From NCBI GenBank assembly GCA_044224875.1, contig JBGAJQ010000017.1:16059-80058 (forward strand): a stretch of DNA of 64,000 nucleotides. The letters run 5' to 3'. The notes below the pieces were generated by a model. The model saw only the letters and a list, made by a program, of their open reading frames with translations, was not told the DNA's origin and did not search any database. The stretch is from Gemmatimonadaceae bacterium (GTDB taxonomy: Bacteria > Gemmatimonadota > Gemmatimonadetes > Gemmatimonadales > Gemmatimonadaceae). The position numbers and the translations under genes were made by a program. The first letter of the stretch is position 1. Each line of letters starts with the position of its first letter. This document shows positions 9,231 to 19,972 of the stretch, piece by piece.

Positions 9231-11660
9231 CTAGGCCGCCGAGCGAAGGGCGGCGACCGGATCGGTACGCGCGGCGCGCCGCGCCGGGAGGTAACACGCA
9301 AGGGCCGCGACCACGAGCACCGCCAGCGAGACCGTGAAATAAACCAACGGGTCGCGCGGCGACGTTCCATAGAGTGCACCGGCGATCAGTCGTGTGCCGT
9401 ACACGGCCGCCGGTACGCCGATGGCCACACCGATCATCGCGAGCCGCATGCCGTCAGCTACTACCATGCGAGCCAGCGACTCCCGGCTTGCCCCGAGTGC
9501 GCCGCGAATCCCCAGCTCGCGAGTACGCTGGCTGACCGCATAGGCTAACAAGCCGTAGATGCCAAAGACCGCCAATAGCACGCCCACGAGCGCGAACCCC
9601 AGGATCTGCACGGCATTGTCCCGCATGCCTCCCAGCTGTTGCTCGACCTGATCGCGAAGTAGTCCCGTGAACGCCGGTCGGTCGGGAACCTGCCGGATCG
9701 TGATCTGGCGGACCGGCGCCAACAACGTCGTGGGATTTCCGACAGCTCGAACGAGAAATTGCGGGAACGCCGACGGAGCCTGTCGATAGGGACGATACAG
9801 CTCCGGGCCATCTTCGCCGAGCAAAAGATTCGAGGCGCTGGCCTTGTTGTTCGCCACCACCCCAACGATCGTGACGGGAAGTTCCGCGCCGCCAGTGTCA
9901 ACACGAACGATCTGGCCCAGCACGTCGCCACTCGGCCACCAGCGACGGGCCGTCCATTCGTTCACGATCGCCACGGGGAGACCATTCTCCGTGTCTTGAA
10001 GCGTGAACTCGCGCCCGCTCCGGACGTGAACACCAACGGTAGAGAAGTACCCAGGACTCACCGAAACCACCTCGCGCGGAACTTCATTCGCCGCCATCGG
10101 CTCGGCATCGCCGGACCTCGTAATCCTCACCTCCCCGCGAGTCGCCAAAGAAACGGACGCCTGCACCGCCACGCCGGCGGCTCCCGGCACCGTGCGCAGT
10201 TCGTCGGCGATGCGCTCCGTCACCGGAACATAGGTCTCTTTCACCCGCCATGGGTGCGGATAGCTCGGCACAGTGCGGACGAGTCGCTCCACGCTGAACC
10301 CCAAGTTCACCTTCGAGTAGTGCCACTCCGTGCGCGCCAGCAACCCCGCACCGACCAGCAGCACCACAGCCACGCTCACCTCGGTCACCACCAGGACGGC
10401 CTGCGACACACTCCCGCCGCGCGCGAGTGACTGAGACCCGCGTCGCAGAAGAGCCTGCGCGTTCACCTGTGAAATCAGTCTGGCGGGAATCACACTCAAC
10501 AGAACACCGGCGAGTGCCGACACCCCAACGACAAACAGCACGGCCCCCAGATCGATCCGGTAGTCCATACCGTTCGGACGGAAGGAGGCGAGCGCCGGAT
10601 GACTCCGAAGCACTCCCAACGACATTGCAGCCAAGGCCAACCCCCCAATGGCACCTGTTGCGACCAGAACCACGTTCTGCGCCAGCAAATGCTCCACCAA
10701 CTTTCGCCGCGAGGCGCCCAGGGCCGAACGGAGGGCGAGCTCCTCCTGCTGTCGCAGCGTTCGCACGAGGAGCAGGTTGGCCAGATTCGCACAGGCGATG
10801 AGCAGCACACACCCGACCACCGCGGCGAAGATCACGTCGTGCGACTGGGTCGCCGCGACATACCGCTCCCGGAGCGAGGACACCGACAGCTTCATCTCCC
10901 CGTCATTGGGCCCGAGTGCCCGGAGCGCCGGTGACAGGGCCGTCAGCTCCGCCTGGAGTTGTTGCGGTGTCTTGCCGCGTGCCAGGCGCGCCAGCACGTT
11001 CACCGAGCGAATCGAGGGCCGCGTACTCGGATCCAGGGTGGGTACTGCCGGGAGCCAGAAGTCCGATCGCACCTCGAACGAAAAACCGGGGGGCATGACA
11101 CCCACGACCGTGTAGTGCGAGTCGCTGAGTTTCACGTCCCTGCCGATGATGCTTCGATCGCTGGCGAATTGCGACTGCCATAACCCGTAGCTCAAGACCG
11201 TCGCCAGCGGGGCGCCGAGGCGATCGTCGTCTGGCCCAAGTGAGCGACCGAGCACCGGTTGTGCCTGTAACAGCTCGAACACCTTGGGAGACACCACGCC
11301 GCCGTTGAGCAGGAGCGGCTCGCCGCCGGTGGCGAGGGCCTTGCCGCCTGACGTGAACGCCGCCACGGCGTCGACGGACTGGAACGGATGATCGTGAAGG
11401 AGCTGCGCGAACGTCTCGTAGCGTACCTCACAAGCGCCCACACAACGACCGGTCGTCCTGCCGCCCGTGGCAATGGGTTCCTCACCGATCAGGACAAGCC
11501 GCTCAGGCTCGGGAAAGGGCAGCGCGCGCCAGCGCACCGCGGAGACCACGCTGTAGGCCGCGGCACTGGCGCCAATCCCCAGCGCCAGCGAAACGATCGC
11601 CGTCACTGTGAAACTCGGTGAGCGGCCTAACGAACGGAGGGCAGAGCGGAGCGGCAACAC
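9231..11660 (-). CDS. Duplicated MacB/FtsX-type orphan ABC permease (ADOP-like)
   Basis: SLALGIGA N-terminus, LLIACANLANLLL, RTRELGIRGALGA and C-terminal PARRAARTDPVAALR. Confidence 0.9.
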   Translation of the reverse strand: MLPLRSALRSLGRSPSFTVTAIVSLALGIGASAAAYSVVSAVRWRALPFPEPERLVLIGEEPIATGGRTTGRCVGACEVRYETFAQLLHDHPFQSVDAVAAFTSGGKALATGGEPLLLNGGVVSPKVFELLQAQPVLGRSLGPDDDRLGAPLATVLSYGLWQSQFASDRSIIGRDVKLSDSHYTVVGVMPPGFSFEVRSDFWLPAVPTLDPSTRPSIRSVNVLARLARGKTPQQLQAELTALSPALRALGPNDGEMKLSVSSLRERYVAATQSHDVIFAAVVGCVLLIACANLANLLLVRTLRQQEELALRSALGASRRKLVEHLLAQNVVLVATGAIGGLALAAMSLGVLRSHPALASFRPNGMDYRIDLGAVLFVVGVSALAGVLLSVIPARLISQVNAQALLRRGSQSLARGGSVSQAVLVVTEVSVAVVLLVGAGLLARTEWHYSKVNLGFSVERLVRTVPSYPHPWRVKETYVPVTERIADELRTVPGAAGVAVQASVSLATRGEVRITRSGDAEPMAANEVPREVVSVSPGYFSTVGVHVRSGREFTLQDTENGLPVAIVNEWTARRWWPSGDVLGQIVRVDTGGAELPVTIVGVVANNKASASNLLLGEDGPELYRPYRQAPSAFPQFLVRAVGNPTTLLAPVRQITIRQVPDRPAFTGLLRDQVEQQLGGMRDNAVQILGFALVGVLLAVFGIYGLLAYAVSQRTRELGIRGALGASRESLARMVVADGMRLAMIGVAIGVPAAVYGTRLIAGALYGTSPRDPLVYFTVSLAVLVVAALACYLPARRAARTDPVAALRSAA

Positions 11661-12881
11661 CTATGGAAGGCGTCCGTACTTCTTCATCGCCGCCAACATG
11701 CGATCGACGGGCATTGCATAGATGCGCAGGTCATTGGCACCGGTCGTCGTTTCGGCCGCCAGCAAGGCGTTGGTAATCGCTGCCTCGGTCGCCTGAGCCG
11801 TTGCCTGAAAGAGCGGCGAGATCCGGTCGTTGGCCAACATCTGCAGCGACTTCACGGGTGGATCGTCGAACCACGCGCGTGGATTCGCCGTTGAGAACGC
11901 GATGAAGATGTCGCCGGAGCCGTTGCCACCGAATCCCCCCTGGCGGCCGATGCCTAACGATACTCGCGTCGCAATGCGCTTGAGCTGGTGCGGCAGGAGC
12001 GGCGCGTCGGTGGCTACCACCACGATGATCGAACCCAGCTCCGGAGCGTCGTCCCGGGCATCGCCGCCACTCGGCGTGTCGCAATGCCTGCGCGGCGACG
12101 CGGCCGGCAGGGGATCGCTGTTGGCGATGCAACCGAGCAGGTCGGGGATCTCTTCGCCAACCGGCACGCCGGCGATGCGCAGGTCGCGTCGCGATCCGTA
12201 GTTGCACTGCACCAATACGCCTACCGTATAGCCACCCTGCGCCTCAGGCAGCTTTCGCGACGCCGTCCCGATCCCGCCCTTGAAGCCATGACACACCATA
12301 CCGGTCCCACCGCCAACGGCCCCTTCCTTCGGCACACCGCCGGCAGCTCCATCAAGTGCCGCCGCGACGTGTTCCGGCTTCACATGAAACCCGTTGATGT
12401 CGTTGAGCCCCCCATCGTACGTCTCGGCGACCACCGGCAGCCACCACGGCTGCAACGCATTCTTCTGCGCGTTCTCCCACTGGATGATGGCGTCACGGAC
12501 CACACCCACACTGTGGGTGTTGGTGATGGCAATCGGACCCTCCAGTAACCCGCTCTCCTGCACCCACGTCGTGCCGGTCATCTCACCGTTGCCATTGAGC
12601 GTGAACCAGGCGGCGAACACGGGATCAGGGTTCGACTTTCCCCTCGGGTGTACCACCGTCACCCCGGTGCGAACCGGGCCCTTGCCCACGACCAGCTTGC
12701 CGCTGCCGGCGATGATGGTGGTGGACCCCACCTCGACACCTGCAACGTCCGTGATGGCGTCGAGTGGACCCGGCGTCCCACCGATAGGAAGCTTGAGGTC
12801 ACGTTCGCGCGGCTTTTGAGCCAACGACGATGTGGAGGCGGCTAAACAGGCCGCGAGCGTGCAGATCAGGGCGGTGCGCAT
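11661..12881 (-). CDS. P1/S58 family peptidase (DmpA-like aminopeptidase), secreted
   Basis: AITDVAGVEVG, NGNGEMTG, PVVAETYDG, GGGTGM, FKGGIGTASR and the GSII autoprocessing-type site. Confidence 0.9.
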   Translation of the reverse strand: MRTALICTLAACLAASTSSLAQKPRERDLKLPIGGTPGPLDAITDVAGVEVGSTTIIAGSGKLVVGKGPVRTGVTVVHPRGKSNPDPVFAAWFTLNGNGEMTGTTWVQESGLLEGPIAITNTHSVGVVRDAIIQWENAQKNALQPWWLPVVAETYDGGLNDINGFHVKPEHVAAALDGAAGGVPKEGAVGGGTGMVCHGFKGGIGTASRKLPEAQGGYTVGVLVQCNYGSRRDLRIAGVPVGEEIPDLLGCIANSDPLPAASPRRHCDTPSGGDARDDAPELGSIIVVVATDAPLLPHQLKRIATRVSLGIGRQGGFGGNGSGDIFIAFSTANPRAWFDDPPVKSLQMLANDRISPLFQATAQATEAAITNALLAAETTTGANDLRIYAMPVDRMLAAMKKYGRLP

Positions 12882-12955
12882 GCGAAGGACCCGGGGCAAA
12901 GGGTGGTCGACCGTCAGAAATAGGCCGCCAAAGCCGTCGCCGCGCCAGCCAAGGC

Positions 12956-13624
12956 TCAGTATCGCTTGACCACTCTCGCCCGCACGATGTAGTCCAACTT
13001 CGGAAACTCGCGATGAAGGTAGGCGTTTCCCTGCAGCCCAATCGAATCCTGTGACGGGCCGGGGAAGGTCTTTCCACCCCGGGTACCAGTGTACTCCCAG
13101 TAAAGCGAGTCGAGCACCTCGACCCCTTGCACAACTTCACCGATCGGGGGAAAACCTATGGTGTTCAGCGTATCCAATCGCGGCGTGTTGTCCACGAGGT
13201 TGAAGAAGAGCTGCACCGAGCGTGAGTTGGGCCCGCCACGTGCAAACGAGAGTGCGCCGCGCCTGTTGACGGCAGCCACGGAGTCATCGGGTATGGTCTT
13301 CCCCTCCCACGCCGCATTCACCGCGGAATCCCCATGGATGCCGAACTGCGCGACGAAGTTGCGCATGGTGCGGTGAAAGGCCACGGAGTCGAAGTATCGA
13401 TTTCGCACCAGCACGTAGAAGCGGTCGGCGCCGTGCGGTGACCATGGCCGGTGAACACGCACGCGCATTGGACCCTTGGTGGTCACCACCTCGACGTCAA
13501 ACGAGTCCGGCGCTGTGGCCCGGTACGCCTTGGCGTCCGGCGTGACGAGTGGGGCCGGCTTGTGGCACGCCAGCGCCGCCCCCGTGGTCAGGGCGGCGAA
13601 GACCAGCAATCGCCGCCGTGACAC
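12956..13624 (-). CDS. Cyclophilin-type peptidyl-prolyl cis-trans isomerase (lipoprotein)
   Basis: FHRTMRNFVAQFG, RSVQLFFNL and GFPPIGEVVQG; N-terminal SRRR...ALAC lipobox. GTG start inferred. Confidence 0.88.
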   Translation of the reverse strand: MSRRRLLVFAALTTGAALACHKPAPLVTPDAKAYRATAPDSFDVEVVTTKGPMRVRVHRPWSPHGADRFYVLVRNRYFDSVAFHRTMRNFVAQFGIHGDSAVNAAWEGKTIPDDSVAAVNRRGALSFARGGPNSRSVQLFFNLVDNTPRLDTLNTIGFPPIGEVVQGVEVLDSLYWEYTGTRGGKTFPGPSQDSIGLQGNAYLHREFPKLDYIVRARVVKRY

Positions 13625-13646
13625 ACCGCCGTTCAGCGTACCGGCG

Positions 13647-14987
13647 TTAGGCAATGCGCGACAAGGCATCGCCGATCGCGTCGACGATCCGGTCGATCTG
13701 TGCGCGCTCGATGATGAGCGGCGGGGAGAGGGCAATGATGTCACCGGTAAAGCGACACAGGACGCCGTTCCGGAAGCAGTCGATGTGTGTCTCCATCGCC
13801 CTGGCCCCAACCTTGCCCGGTCGTGACTCCAGTTCGATGCCCGCCACCAGACCCAGATTGCGCACGTCGATCACGTGCGGCTTGCCCCGAAGCGAGTGCA
13901 CCGCCTCCTGCCAATAGCCGGACATCTCGTTGGCCCGCTCGAACAGCCCTTCGTCCCGGTACAGGTCCAGGGTCGCCAGCCCGGCCGCGCAGGCCAGCGG
14001 ATGGCCAGAGTAGGTGTAGCCGTGGAAGAACTCGATGCCGGCTTCGGCCGCCGCGACAACGCTCTCGTAGATGCCATGCCTAACGAACACGGCGCCCATC
14101 GGCACCGAGCCGTTGGTGATCCCCTTGGCAACCGTCATCATGTCGGGCGACACGCCGAACCGGTCGGCGCCAAATGGTGTCCCCAATCGCCCAAAACCGG
14201 TGATGACCTCGTCGAAGATCAGCAGGATCCCGTACTTGTCACAGATCGCGCGCAGCCGCTCCAGGTATCCTTTCGGCGGAACCAGCACACCCGCTGAACC
14301 CGCCACAGGTTCAACAATCACGGCGGCGATGGTATCCCCACCGTGCGCCTTCACGACTTCCTCGAGCGCGTCCGCAAGGTTGGCGCCGTGCTCTGGCTGA
14401 CCCTTCGAGAAAAAGTTCTCCGGCATACCGTGCGTCGCCGGAATGTGTGACACATGCGGCATCAGTTGCGCCATGTACGCCTGTCGGTTCTTCTCGATTC
14501 CGCCAACCGAGATACCGCCAAAGCCCACGCCGTGGTACCCACGCACGCGTCCCACAAAGCGCACGCGTTGCGGCTGCCCCTTCGAAATCCAGTAAGCCAT
14601 CGCGATCTTCAGGGCCGTGTCCACCGCCTCCGACCCGGAATTCGCGAAAAACACATGGTCCAGAGGCTTCGGCATGATTTCCACCAGCCGGTTCGCCAAC
14701 GCGAACGAAAGCGGGTGGCCCATGTTGAACCCAGGAGCGTAGTCCAGTGTGGCGGCGGCCTCCGCGATAGCCGCCACAACGGGCTCGCGGGAGTGGCCCG
14801 CGTTGACGCACCAAAGCCCCGCGGTTCCATCGAGGATCTGGTTCCCGTCGACATCCGTGTAGTACATCCCCTTGGCGGAGGCGAGAAGCCGGGGGGCCGC
14901 CTTGAACGCCCGGTTTGCCGTAAAGGGCATCCAGTGCGACTCCATGTCGGCAGCGGTGAGCGGAGAGAGCGGAAGCGTGGTAGCCAT
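13647..14987 (-). CDS. Class-III PLP aminotransferase (omega-amino acid/beta-alanine:pyruvate aminotransferase-like)
   Basis: WMPFTANR, DGTAGLWCVNAGH, LIFDEVITGFGRLG, AKGITNG and HGYTYSGHP. Confidence 0.92.
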   Translation of the reverse strand: MATTLPLSPLTAADMESHWMPFTANRAFKAAPRLLASAKGMYYTDVDGNQILDGTAGLWCVNAGHSREPVVAAIAEAAATLDYAPGFNMGHPLSFALANRLVEIMPKPLDHVFFANSGSEAVDTALKIAMAYWISKGQPQRVRFVGRVRGYHGVGFGGISVGGIEKNRQAYMAQLMPHVSHIPATHGMPENFFSKGQPEHGANLADALEEVVKAHGGDTIAAVIVEPVAGSAGVLVPPKGYLERLRAICDKYGILLIFDEVITGFGRLGTPFGADRFGVSPDMMTVAKGITNGSVPMGAVFVRHGIYESVVAAAEAGIEFFHGYTYSGHPLACAAGLATLDLYRDEGLFERANEMSGYWQEAVHSLRGKPHVIDVRNLGLVAGIELESRPGKVGARAMETHIDCFRNGVLCRFTGDIIALSPPLIIERAQIDRIVDAIGDALSRIA

Positions 14988-15183
14988 GGGAGGGAGGCGA
15001 AGGAGTCGGTTCTGGCAGGGAAAACAGCTGCGATGGATTTGCGCCTCAACGAGCCGGCGCGCAATGCCCGGGATACGTCTGCGTCGGCTTAGGCCTCGGC
15101 GGCGCCAACGCACATGCCCGTCGCGAAACCGCCAGGGCGCGATCGGTAACCAGCGTGCTACCCGTTCCGGCGACGTGAACCGA

Positions 15184-15972
15184 TCACGTCGTTGCCTGCG
15201 GTTGGGCCGCCGTCTTGGGCTCGGGAGATGGCTTGGCGGCACGCGCCGCGTCCTCTTGAGCCAGTTCCGCTTCTTCCTCTTGCTCTCGCTCCGCCACCTC
15301 GCGCTCGATAGCTTCGCGCTCCGCGCGGTACCGAGTGTACCACTCCCGCGTGATCTCTCCCGCGAGTTCGCGATTACCGAGGCCGAAGGCGAGTGCCATG
15401 CCTAACGCCAAGGCGCCGAACAGGATCGCGAAGGCCGTGGTCACGATGTCCGTGGCGATGCCCAATTCCTGCAGCGCCATGAACACCGCCAGTGTCACCA
15501 CGCCCCAGCGTCCAATCCGCGCCAGCGTGGGACCACCCTGCACCGCGCCAGCCGACGCCATGATCAGTCCGCCGGTAAACCGGCCCAACACAATGCCGAC
15601 GATCATGATGACGATGGCCGACATCAGGGACGGCAGGTACCCCACCAGCTCGGTGAACACCCCAGCCAGCGATTCCATGCCTAACGCGCTGGCCGCGACG
15701 ATGATCACGGCGAACATCGTGAACCAGAAGAGCGTCTTGCCGATGACCCGCGTGGGATTGAAGTGAGCCCCCGTGCGCTCCACCGCTTCCAGCACCCCGC
15801 CCCGCTCCAGCATCCGGTTCAGGTGCAACCGCCGCAAAAGGCGCTCCGTCCCCTTCTCGATCAACTTGGCCAGCAGGTATCCCGCGAACAGGATGACCAG
15901 GGCGCCCAAGAGCGCCGGCACGATCTCCGCCAGCTGGGCAAAACTCTCCTGCAATCGCTCGAGGAAGTTCAC
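15184..15972 (-). CDS. Membrane protein with conserved TM-helix repeats (CmpX / small mechanosensitive channel N-terminal-like)
   Basis: Two PxLxxAxxIxxxG helix repeats, ALQELGIA and LAFGLG motifs. Confidence 0.75.
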   Translation of the reverse strand: MNFLERLQESFAQLAEIVPALLGALVILFAGYLLAKLIEKGTERLLRRLHLNRMLERGGVLEAVERTGAHFNPTRVIGKTLFWFTMFAVIIVAASALGMESLAGVFTELVGYLPSLMSAIVIMIVGIVLGRFTGGLIMASAGAVQGGPTLARIGRWGVVTLAVFMALQELGIATDIVTTAFAILFGALALGMALAFGLGNRELAGEITREWYTRYRAEREAIEREVAEREQEEEAELAQEDAARAAKPSPEPKTAAQPQATT

Positions 15973-16076
15973 GACGGTCCCGGGTAAGGTCCCCGAAATC
16001 TAGCAACCTCAAGGCGCCAAACGCCTATTGAGATTTCCAGCCGTCCTCCCCGCGGGCGCCTCCCGTCGGCCACGGC

Positions 16077-16301
16077 CTAGTTCCGAGTTCCTCGGCGAAC
16101 GTCAAAAATCGCCGACCGTCTGCACTGGGGGCAGATCAACCACTCCCGCTGCCGAGCGTAACCCAAGCCGAAGGACCCGCCGCCGATCTCCCGGGACGTC
16201 ATTGTGACGAGGCAACGGGGGCACTCCGCCCCCACTCCCTCACCAAACGCCTCGCGAATGCGCTTCTCCTCCGAGGGCGTGTACTGCGCGTGGTCCGTCA
16301 T
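16077..16301 (-). CDS. Small putative zinc-ribbon protein
   Basis: CPRC...CPQC in 74 aa; ATGA-coupled to the thioesterase. Confidence 0.65.
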   Translation of the reverse strand: MTDHAQYTPSEEKRIREAFGEGVGAECPRCLVTMTSREIGGGSFGLGYARQREWLICPQCRRSAIFDVRRGTRN

Positions 16302-16726
16302 GTCGCAGACGAATCCGCAGCGGCTGTCCCGTCGCCCTCTGGCGTTCGGACGCTCTCCAGGAGCGTGCGTATGTCGTCCGGAATCGCCACCGGGGTGCGA
16401 CTCGAATAGTCGTACATCACCTGAACGGTGTCCCCGTCAGCGATCAAACGACCATCTCGGCTGTCGCAAAGTCGATAGTGAAAGATCCACGCCTTTTTCC
16501 GGATCTGCGAAACAGTAATGTCCACCTCGAGCGGCACTCCCATCCGCGCCGACGAATGGTATTTGAGGTGCGCCTCGGCCACGATGAAGGGCGGATCGGG
16601 GACCTTTTGCCAGGTGTCACTCCAGAGCGCGTGCCGTGCCATTTCGAAGTACGTCAAGTACACGGCATTGTTCACGTGGCCCTTCGTGTCGTAGTCCGTG
16701 TAACGCGTTCCGATGGCAAAGCGCAT
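16298..16726 (-). CDS. Acyl-CoA thioesterase (4HBT/YbgC-like hotdog fold)
   Basis: RYTDYDTKGHVNNAVYLTYFEMAR. Confidence 0.9.
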   Translation of the reverse strand: MRFAIGTRYTDYDTKGHVNNAVYLTYFEMARHALWSDTWQKVPDPPFIVAEAHLKYHSSARMGVPLEVDITVSQIRKKAWIFHYRLCDSRDGRLIADGDTVQVMYDYSSRTPVAIPDDIRTLLESVRTPEGDGTAAADSSAT

Positions 16727-17772
16727 CACGCAATCCTCACGACAACCTTTCCGAACTGCTCTCCCGACGCCAGCCGGGCGAATGCCTCGCGTCCCTGCTC
16801 CAGGGGAAAGGTCGAGTCGACGACGGCCCGCAATCGGCCGGTGCGGAATTCCTCGACGACCGCCGCGAACTCACTTTCGCTCCCCATCGTTGAGCCCATG
16901 ATCGTCCACTGATTCCAAAAGAGGCGGCGTACGTCTAGCTGAAGTTCGGGTCCCGATGTTCCACCGCAGGTGACAAGGCGACCTCGCTTCCCCAGCGCAC
17001 CTAACGACTGCGAGAAGGTCGCTCGGCCAACGCTGTCGATGACCACGTCCACGCCACGCTTCCCGGTGCGGGCACGCACCTCCTTGCCGATGTCGATCCC
17101 CGGGCCGTGCTTGAGCGCGACATCCGCGCCAAGCGCCAGGGCGCGTTCGAGCTTCCAATCGGCCCCCGATGTCACCCACACACGGGCTCCCAGGTTCTTG
17201 CAGATCTGCAGCGCGGCCAGCGCTACACCGCCGCCAATCCCCCAAATGAGTACCTCCTCGCCGGCACGTACCCTCGCCCGCGTGTGCACCATGCGCCACG
17301 CGGTGAGCGTGGCAAGTGGATACGCGCCCGCAACATCCCAATCCGACGGGGTGGCAATCTTGGCAACGTTAGGTTCGGGGACGACAACCAGCTCGCACAG
17401 CGTTCCCGGGCGGTGCTCGCCCAGGATCCCGTACTTCAGGCAGAGGGGCTGGTCTCCCGAGGTGCAGTATTCGCACTCCCTGCAGGACACACCTGGGTTG
17501 ATCAGGACGGCGTCGCCAGGAGCTACGGAACGCACGCTCGCGCCAACGCTCTCCACTTCCCCGGCCCCGTCGGCACCGAGGATCCAGGACGGCGCGAGCG
17601 TGAGGTGCGGCAGGCCTTCCATCGTGAACAGGTCGAGATGATTCAGCGCCGCGGCACGAACCCGAACACGAACGGAGTGGTCTCCAGCGAGCGGCGGTTC
17701 AGGTAGGTCTTGTCGAAAGCGGAGTTGTTCGAGTCCGCCGGTTGCATCTAAGGTGAGTGCTCGCACCCTCAC
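16726..17772 (-). CDS. Zinc-binding alcohol dehydrogenase / quinone oxidoreductase family
   Basis: AALNHLD, GADGAG, CRECEYC...C structural Zn site and GKVV C-terminus. Confidence 0.9.
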   Translation of the reverse strand: MRVRALTLDATGGLEQLRFRQDLPEPPLAGDHSVRVRVRAAALNHLDLFTMEGLPHLTLAPSWILGADGAGEVESVGASVRSVAPGDAVLINPGVSCRECEYCTSGDQPLCLKYGILGEHRPGTLCELVVVPEPNVAKIATPSDWDVAGAYPLATLTAWRMVHTRARVRAGEEVLIWGIGGGVALAALQICKNLGARVWVTSGADWKLERALALGADVALKHGPGIDIGKEVRARTGKRGVDVVIDSVGRATFSQSLGALGKRGRLVTCGGTSGPELQLDVRRLFWNQWTIMGSTMGSESEFAAVVEEFRTGRLRAVVDSTFPLEQGREAFARLASGEQFGKVVVRIA

Positions 17773-17852
17773 TCCTGCCGGTTATATTGACGCGTGCTGT
17801 GGCGCGGCCTTGGACGAGGACGCGCTTTCGTTCAAACTCCCGATCGCGAAGC

Positions 17853-19205
17853 ATGCTCTCGATCAAGGTCCCACCTCTCGGTGAATCAATCGTCGAAGCC
17901 ACTGTATCTCAGTGGCGCAAGAAGGAGGGGGACTCGGTCGCTGCGGGCGAAACGCTCGTGGAGCTGGAGACGGATAAGGTAACGGTCGAAGTTCCGGCGC
18001 TCAAAGCGGGCGTGCTCACCCGTCGTCTCAAGCATGAAGGCGATGTGGTGAAGGTGGATGAGGAACTGTGCGTTATCGACGACGCTGCCGCTGGCTCATC
18101 CGTCGTCACAGGCGTACCGGCCGCGGCTTCATCGCCTTCGGCGACTGCAGCCAGTCCGGCTGTCCCCGCAGCCGCGCCGACTCCGCCGGCCGTGATCGCT
18201 CCATCGGTGGCACCGTCCGAAACACGCGCCTCCCCGGCCGCCGCACGGGTTGCGGCCGAGCAAGGGGTGTCACTGGCAAACATTCCCGGCACCGGACGCG
18301 GTGGCGTCATCAGCAAGCCGGATGTGGTGGAGTATCTCGGCCGGCCGGTTGAGCCGTCAGCTCCAACGACCGGAACGGCGTCATCCGCGGCACCACCCAC
18401 TCCAGCACCAGCGCCCGCCGGGCGACCGGCGGTGGGAGGACCCGCTGCAGGTCCGGCCCCGCCATCCGCCGCAGCGGCGTCGACACCGGGCGGTACCGCA
18501 CCTACCACCGGCCGGGAAACGCGCGAGAAGATGTCCACGCGCCGGAAGCGCATCGCCGAGCATCTCCTGGAGTCGCAGCATGCCACCGCGCACCTGACGA
18601 CCTTCAACGAAGTCGACATGACCGCTGTCGAGTCGTTGCGCGCCCGAGTCAAGGAGAAGATCGAGAAGGAAACCGGCGTGCGTTTGAGCTTGATGCCATT
18701 CTTCGTCAAGGCGGCTTGCCTGGCACTTAAGCAATTCCCCACGGTGAACGCACGCATCGATGGGGACGCGATCGTCTATCATCATTACGTCAACATGGGG
18801 ATTGCGGTCGCGTCAGACGCGGGACTCGTGGTACCGAATGTGAAGGGCGCCGATGCCTTGGGACTCGTGGACATCGGGCGGGCGATCAGCGACGTGGCCA
18901 AGAAGGCACGAGACGGTAAGCTGACGATGGACGACCTGACGGGCGGGACCTTTACCATCACGAACGGCGGTGTGTTTGGGTCGCTCGTCTCCACGCCGAT
19001 CATCAACTTCCCGCAAGTCGGAATTCTCGGCCTGCATAAGGTTCAGGATCGCCCCGTGGTGGTTGACGGGCAGATCGTCATCCGGCCGATGATGTATGTG
19101 GCTCTTTCATATGATCATCGCATCATCGATGGTCAGCAGGCGGTGCTCTTTCTCGTCCGCGTGAAGGAGCTCATGGAAGACCCCGCGCTCATGGCCGTCT
19201 CGTAG
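17853..19205 (+). CDS. sucB: 2-oxoglutarate dehydrogenase E2, dihydrolipoamide succinyltransferase
   Basis: Lipoyl motif LETDKV, E3-binding domain ([12 protein letters not shown]), Pro/Ala linkers and catalytic SYDHRIIDG. Confidence 0.92.
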   Translation: MLSIKVPPLGESIVEATVSQWRKKEGDSVAAGETLVELETDKVTVEVPALKAGVLTRRLKHEGDVVKVDEELCVIDDAAAGSSVVTGVPAAASSPSATAASPAVPAAAPTPPAVIAPSVAPSETRASPAAARVAAEQGVSLANIPGTGRGGVISKPDVVEYLGRPVEPSAPTTGTASSAAPPTPAPAPAGRPAVGGPAAGPAPPSAAAASTPGGTAPTTGRETREKMSTRRKRIAEHLLESQHATAHLTTFNEVDMTAVESLRARVKEKIEKETGVRLSLMPFFVKAACLALKQFPTVNARIDGDAIVYHHYVNMGIAVASDAGLVVPNVKGADALGLVDIGRAISDVAKKARDGKLTMDDLTGGTFTITNGGVFGSLVSTPIINFPQVGILGLHKVQDRPVVVDGQIVIRPMMYVALSYDHRIIDGQQAVLFLVRVKELMEDPALMAVS

Positions 19206-19402
19206 CGTCGACGGGCCCTGCTAGCGACAGCATCCCGGTCCGCCAAGGCGGCCGGGATGTTTCGTTTTTGTAATCACCTCACCAAGAGCAAACCATTTCC
19301 GCTCTATCGGCATCCAATCCGTTGCAAGGGCAGAAATGCAGCCTCCCGCTCAGTCGAATCTTTGCAGAACCAGCCCCGTAGGATGGAGCAACGGAGTTAC
19401 CG

Positions 19403-19840
19403 ATGTCACCGAAATTCGCGTTCACGCCAATCCCACCTTCCCGCAGTGAAGCGGCGCGCCGGCCAGATTCGATCGCAGGGCTAGCCGGTACGTGGCGTGG
19501 ACAACTGTTCGACTCAAATGGAGCGGGAACGCCCTTCCACCTGCTCCGCGACAATACGCCTGACGCTTCTGTCACCGGTCGGTTCCTGTTCTTTGCCACC
19601 GCAGACGTTCCGCCGACGGGGGTCAGGCTGCTCGAGGCCAGCCAACGGTCCTTCGTCGCCCTCATCGGCCCCTACTTCGATCCGCGTGAGAACGCTGACG
19701 TTGTCACGGTTTTCGAGGGGACGAGAGATGACCGGTCGATCAGTGGGTCGTTCTACACACGCAGTTCGTCCTGGCACGATGTCCTGAGGTCCGGGACTTT
19801 TCTCGCCAACCGCGTAGCCGCGGAACCTCGTGCGGCGTAG
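19403..19840 (+). CDS. Hypothetical protein
   Basis: GGAG RBS upstream; beta-rich sequence with LAGTWRG; followed by a hairpin. Confidence 0.6.
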   Translation: MSPKFAFTPIPPSRSEAARRPDSIAGLAGTWRGQLFDSNGAGTPFHLLRDNTPDASVTGRFLFFATADVPPTGVRLLEASQRSFVALIGPYFDPRENADVVTVFEGTRDDRSISGSFYTRSSSWHDVLRSGTFLANRVAAEPRAA

Positions 19841-19866
19841 CGAGTAAGAAGCTGTTCCAAGTGGGG

Positions 19867-19885
19867 CACCACGCTTCGCGTGGTG
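19867..19885 (+). terminator. Hairpin, possible terminator
   Basis: CACCACGC-ttc-GCGTGGTG inverted repeat 27 nt after the stop; no U-tract. Confidence 0.35.
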
Positions 19886-19972
19886 TGGGGGAGCGGGTGT
19901 GGTCGCCTTCGGCGGTCACACCCGCTTATTTTTCCCGTCCCATCGCAAGGTCCCACTGTGAGTTCTCCCGAA

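Noticed and set aside
18080..18520. Pro/Ala-rich low-complexity stretches
   Set aside because: They are the ordinary flexible linkers of the E2 subunit.
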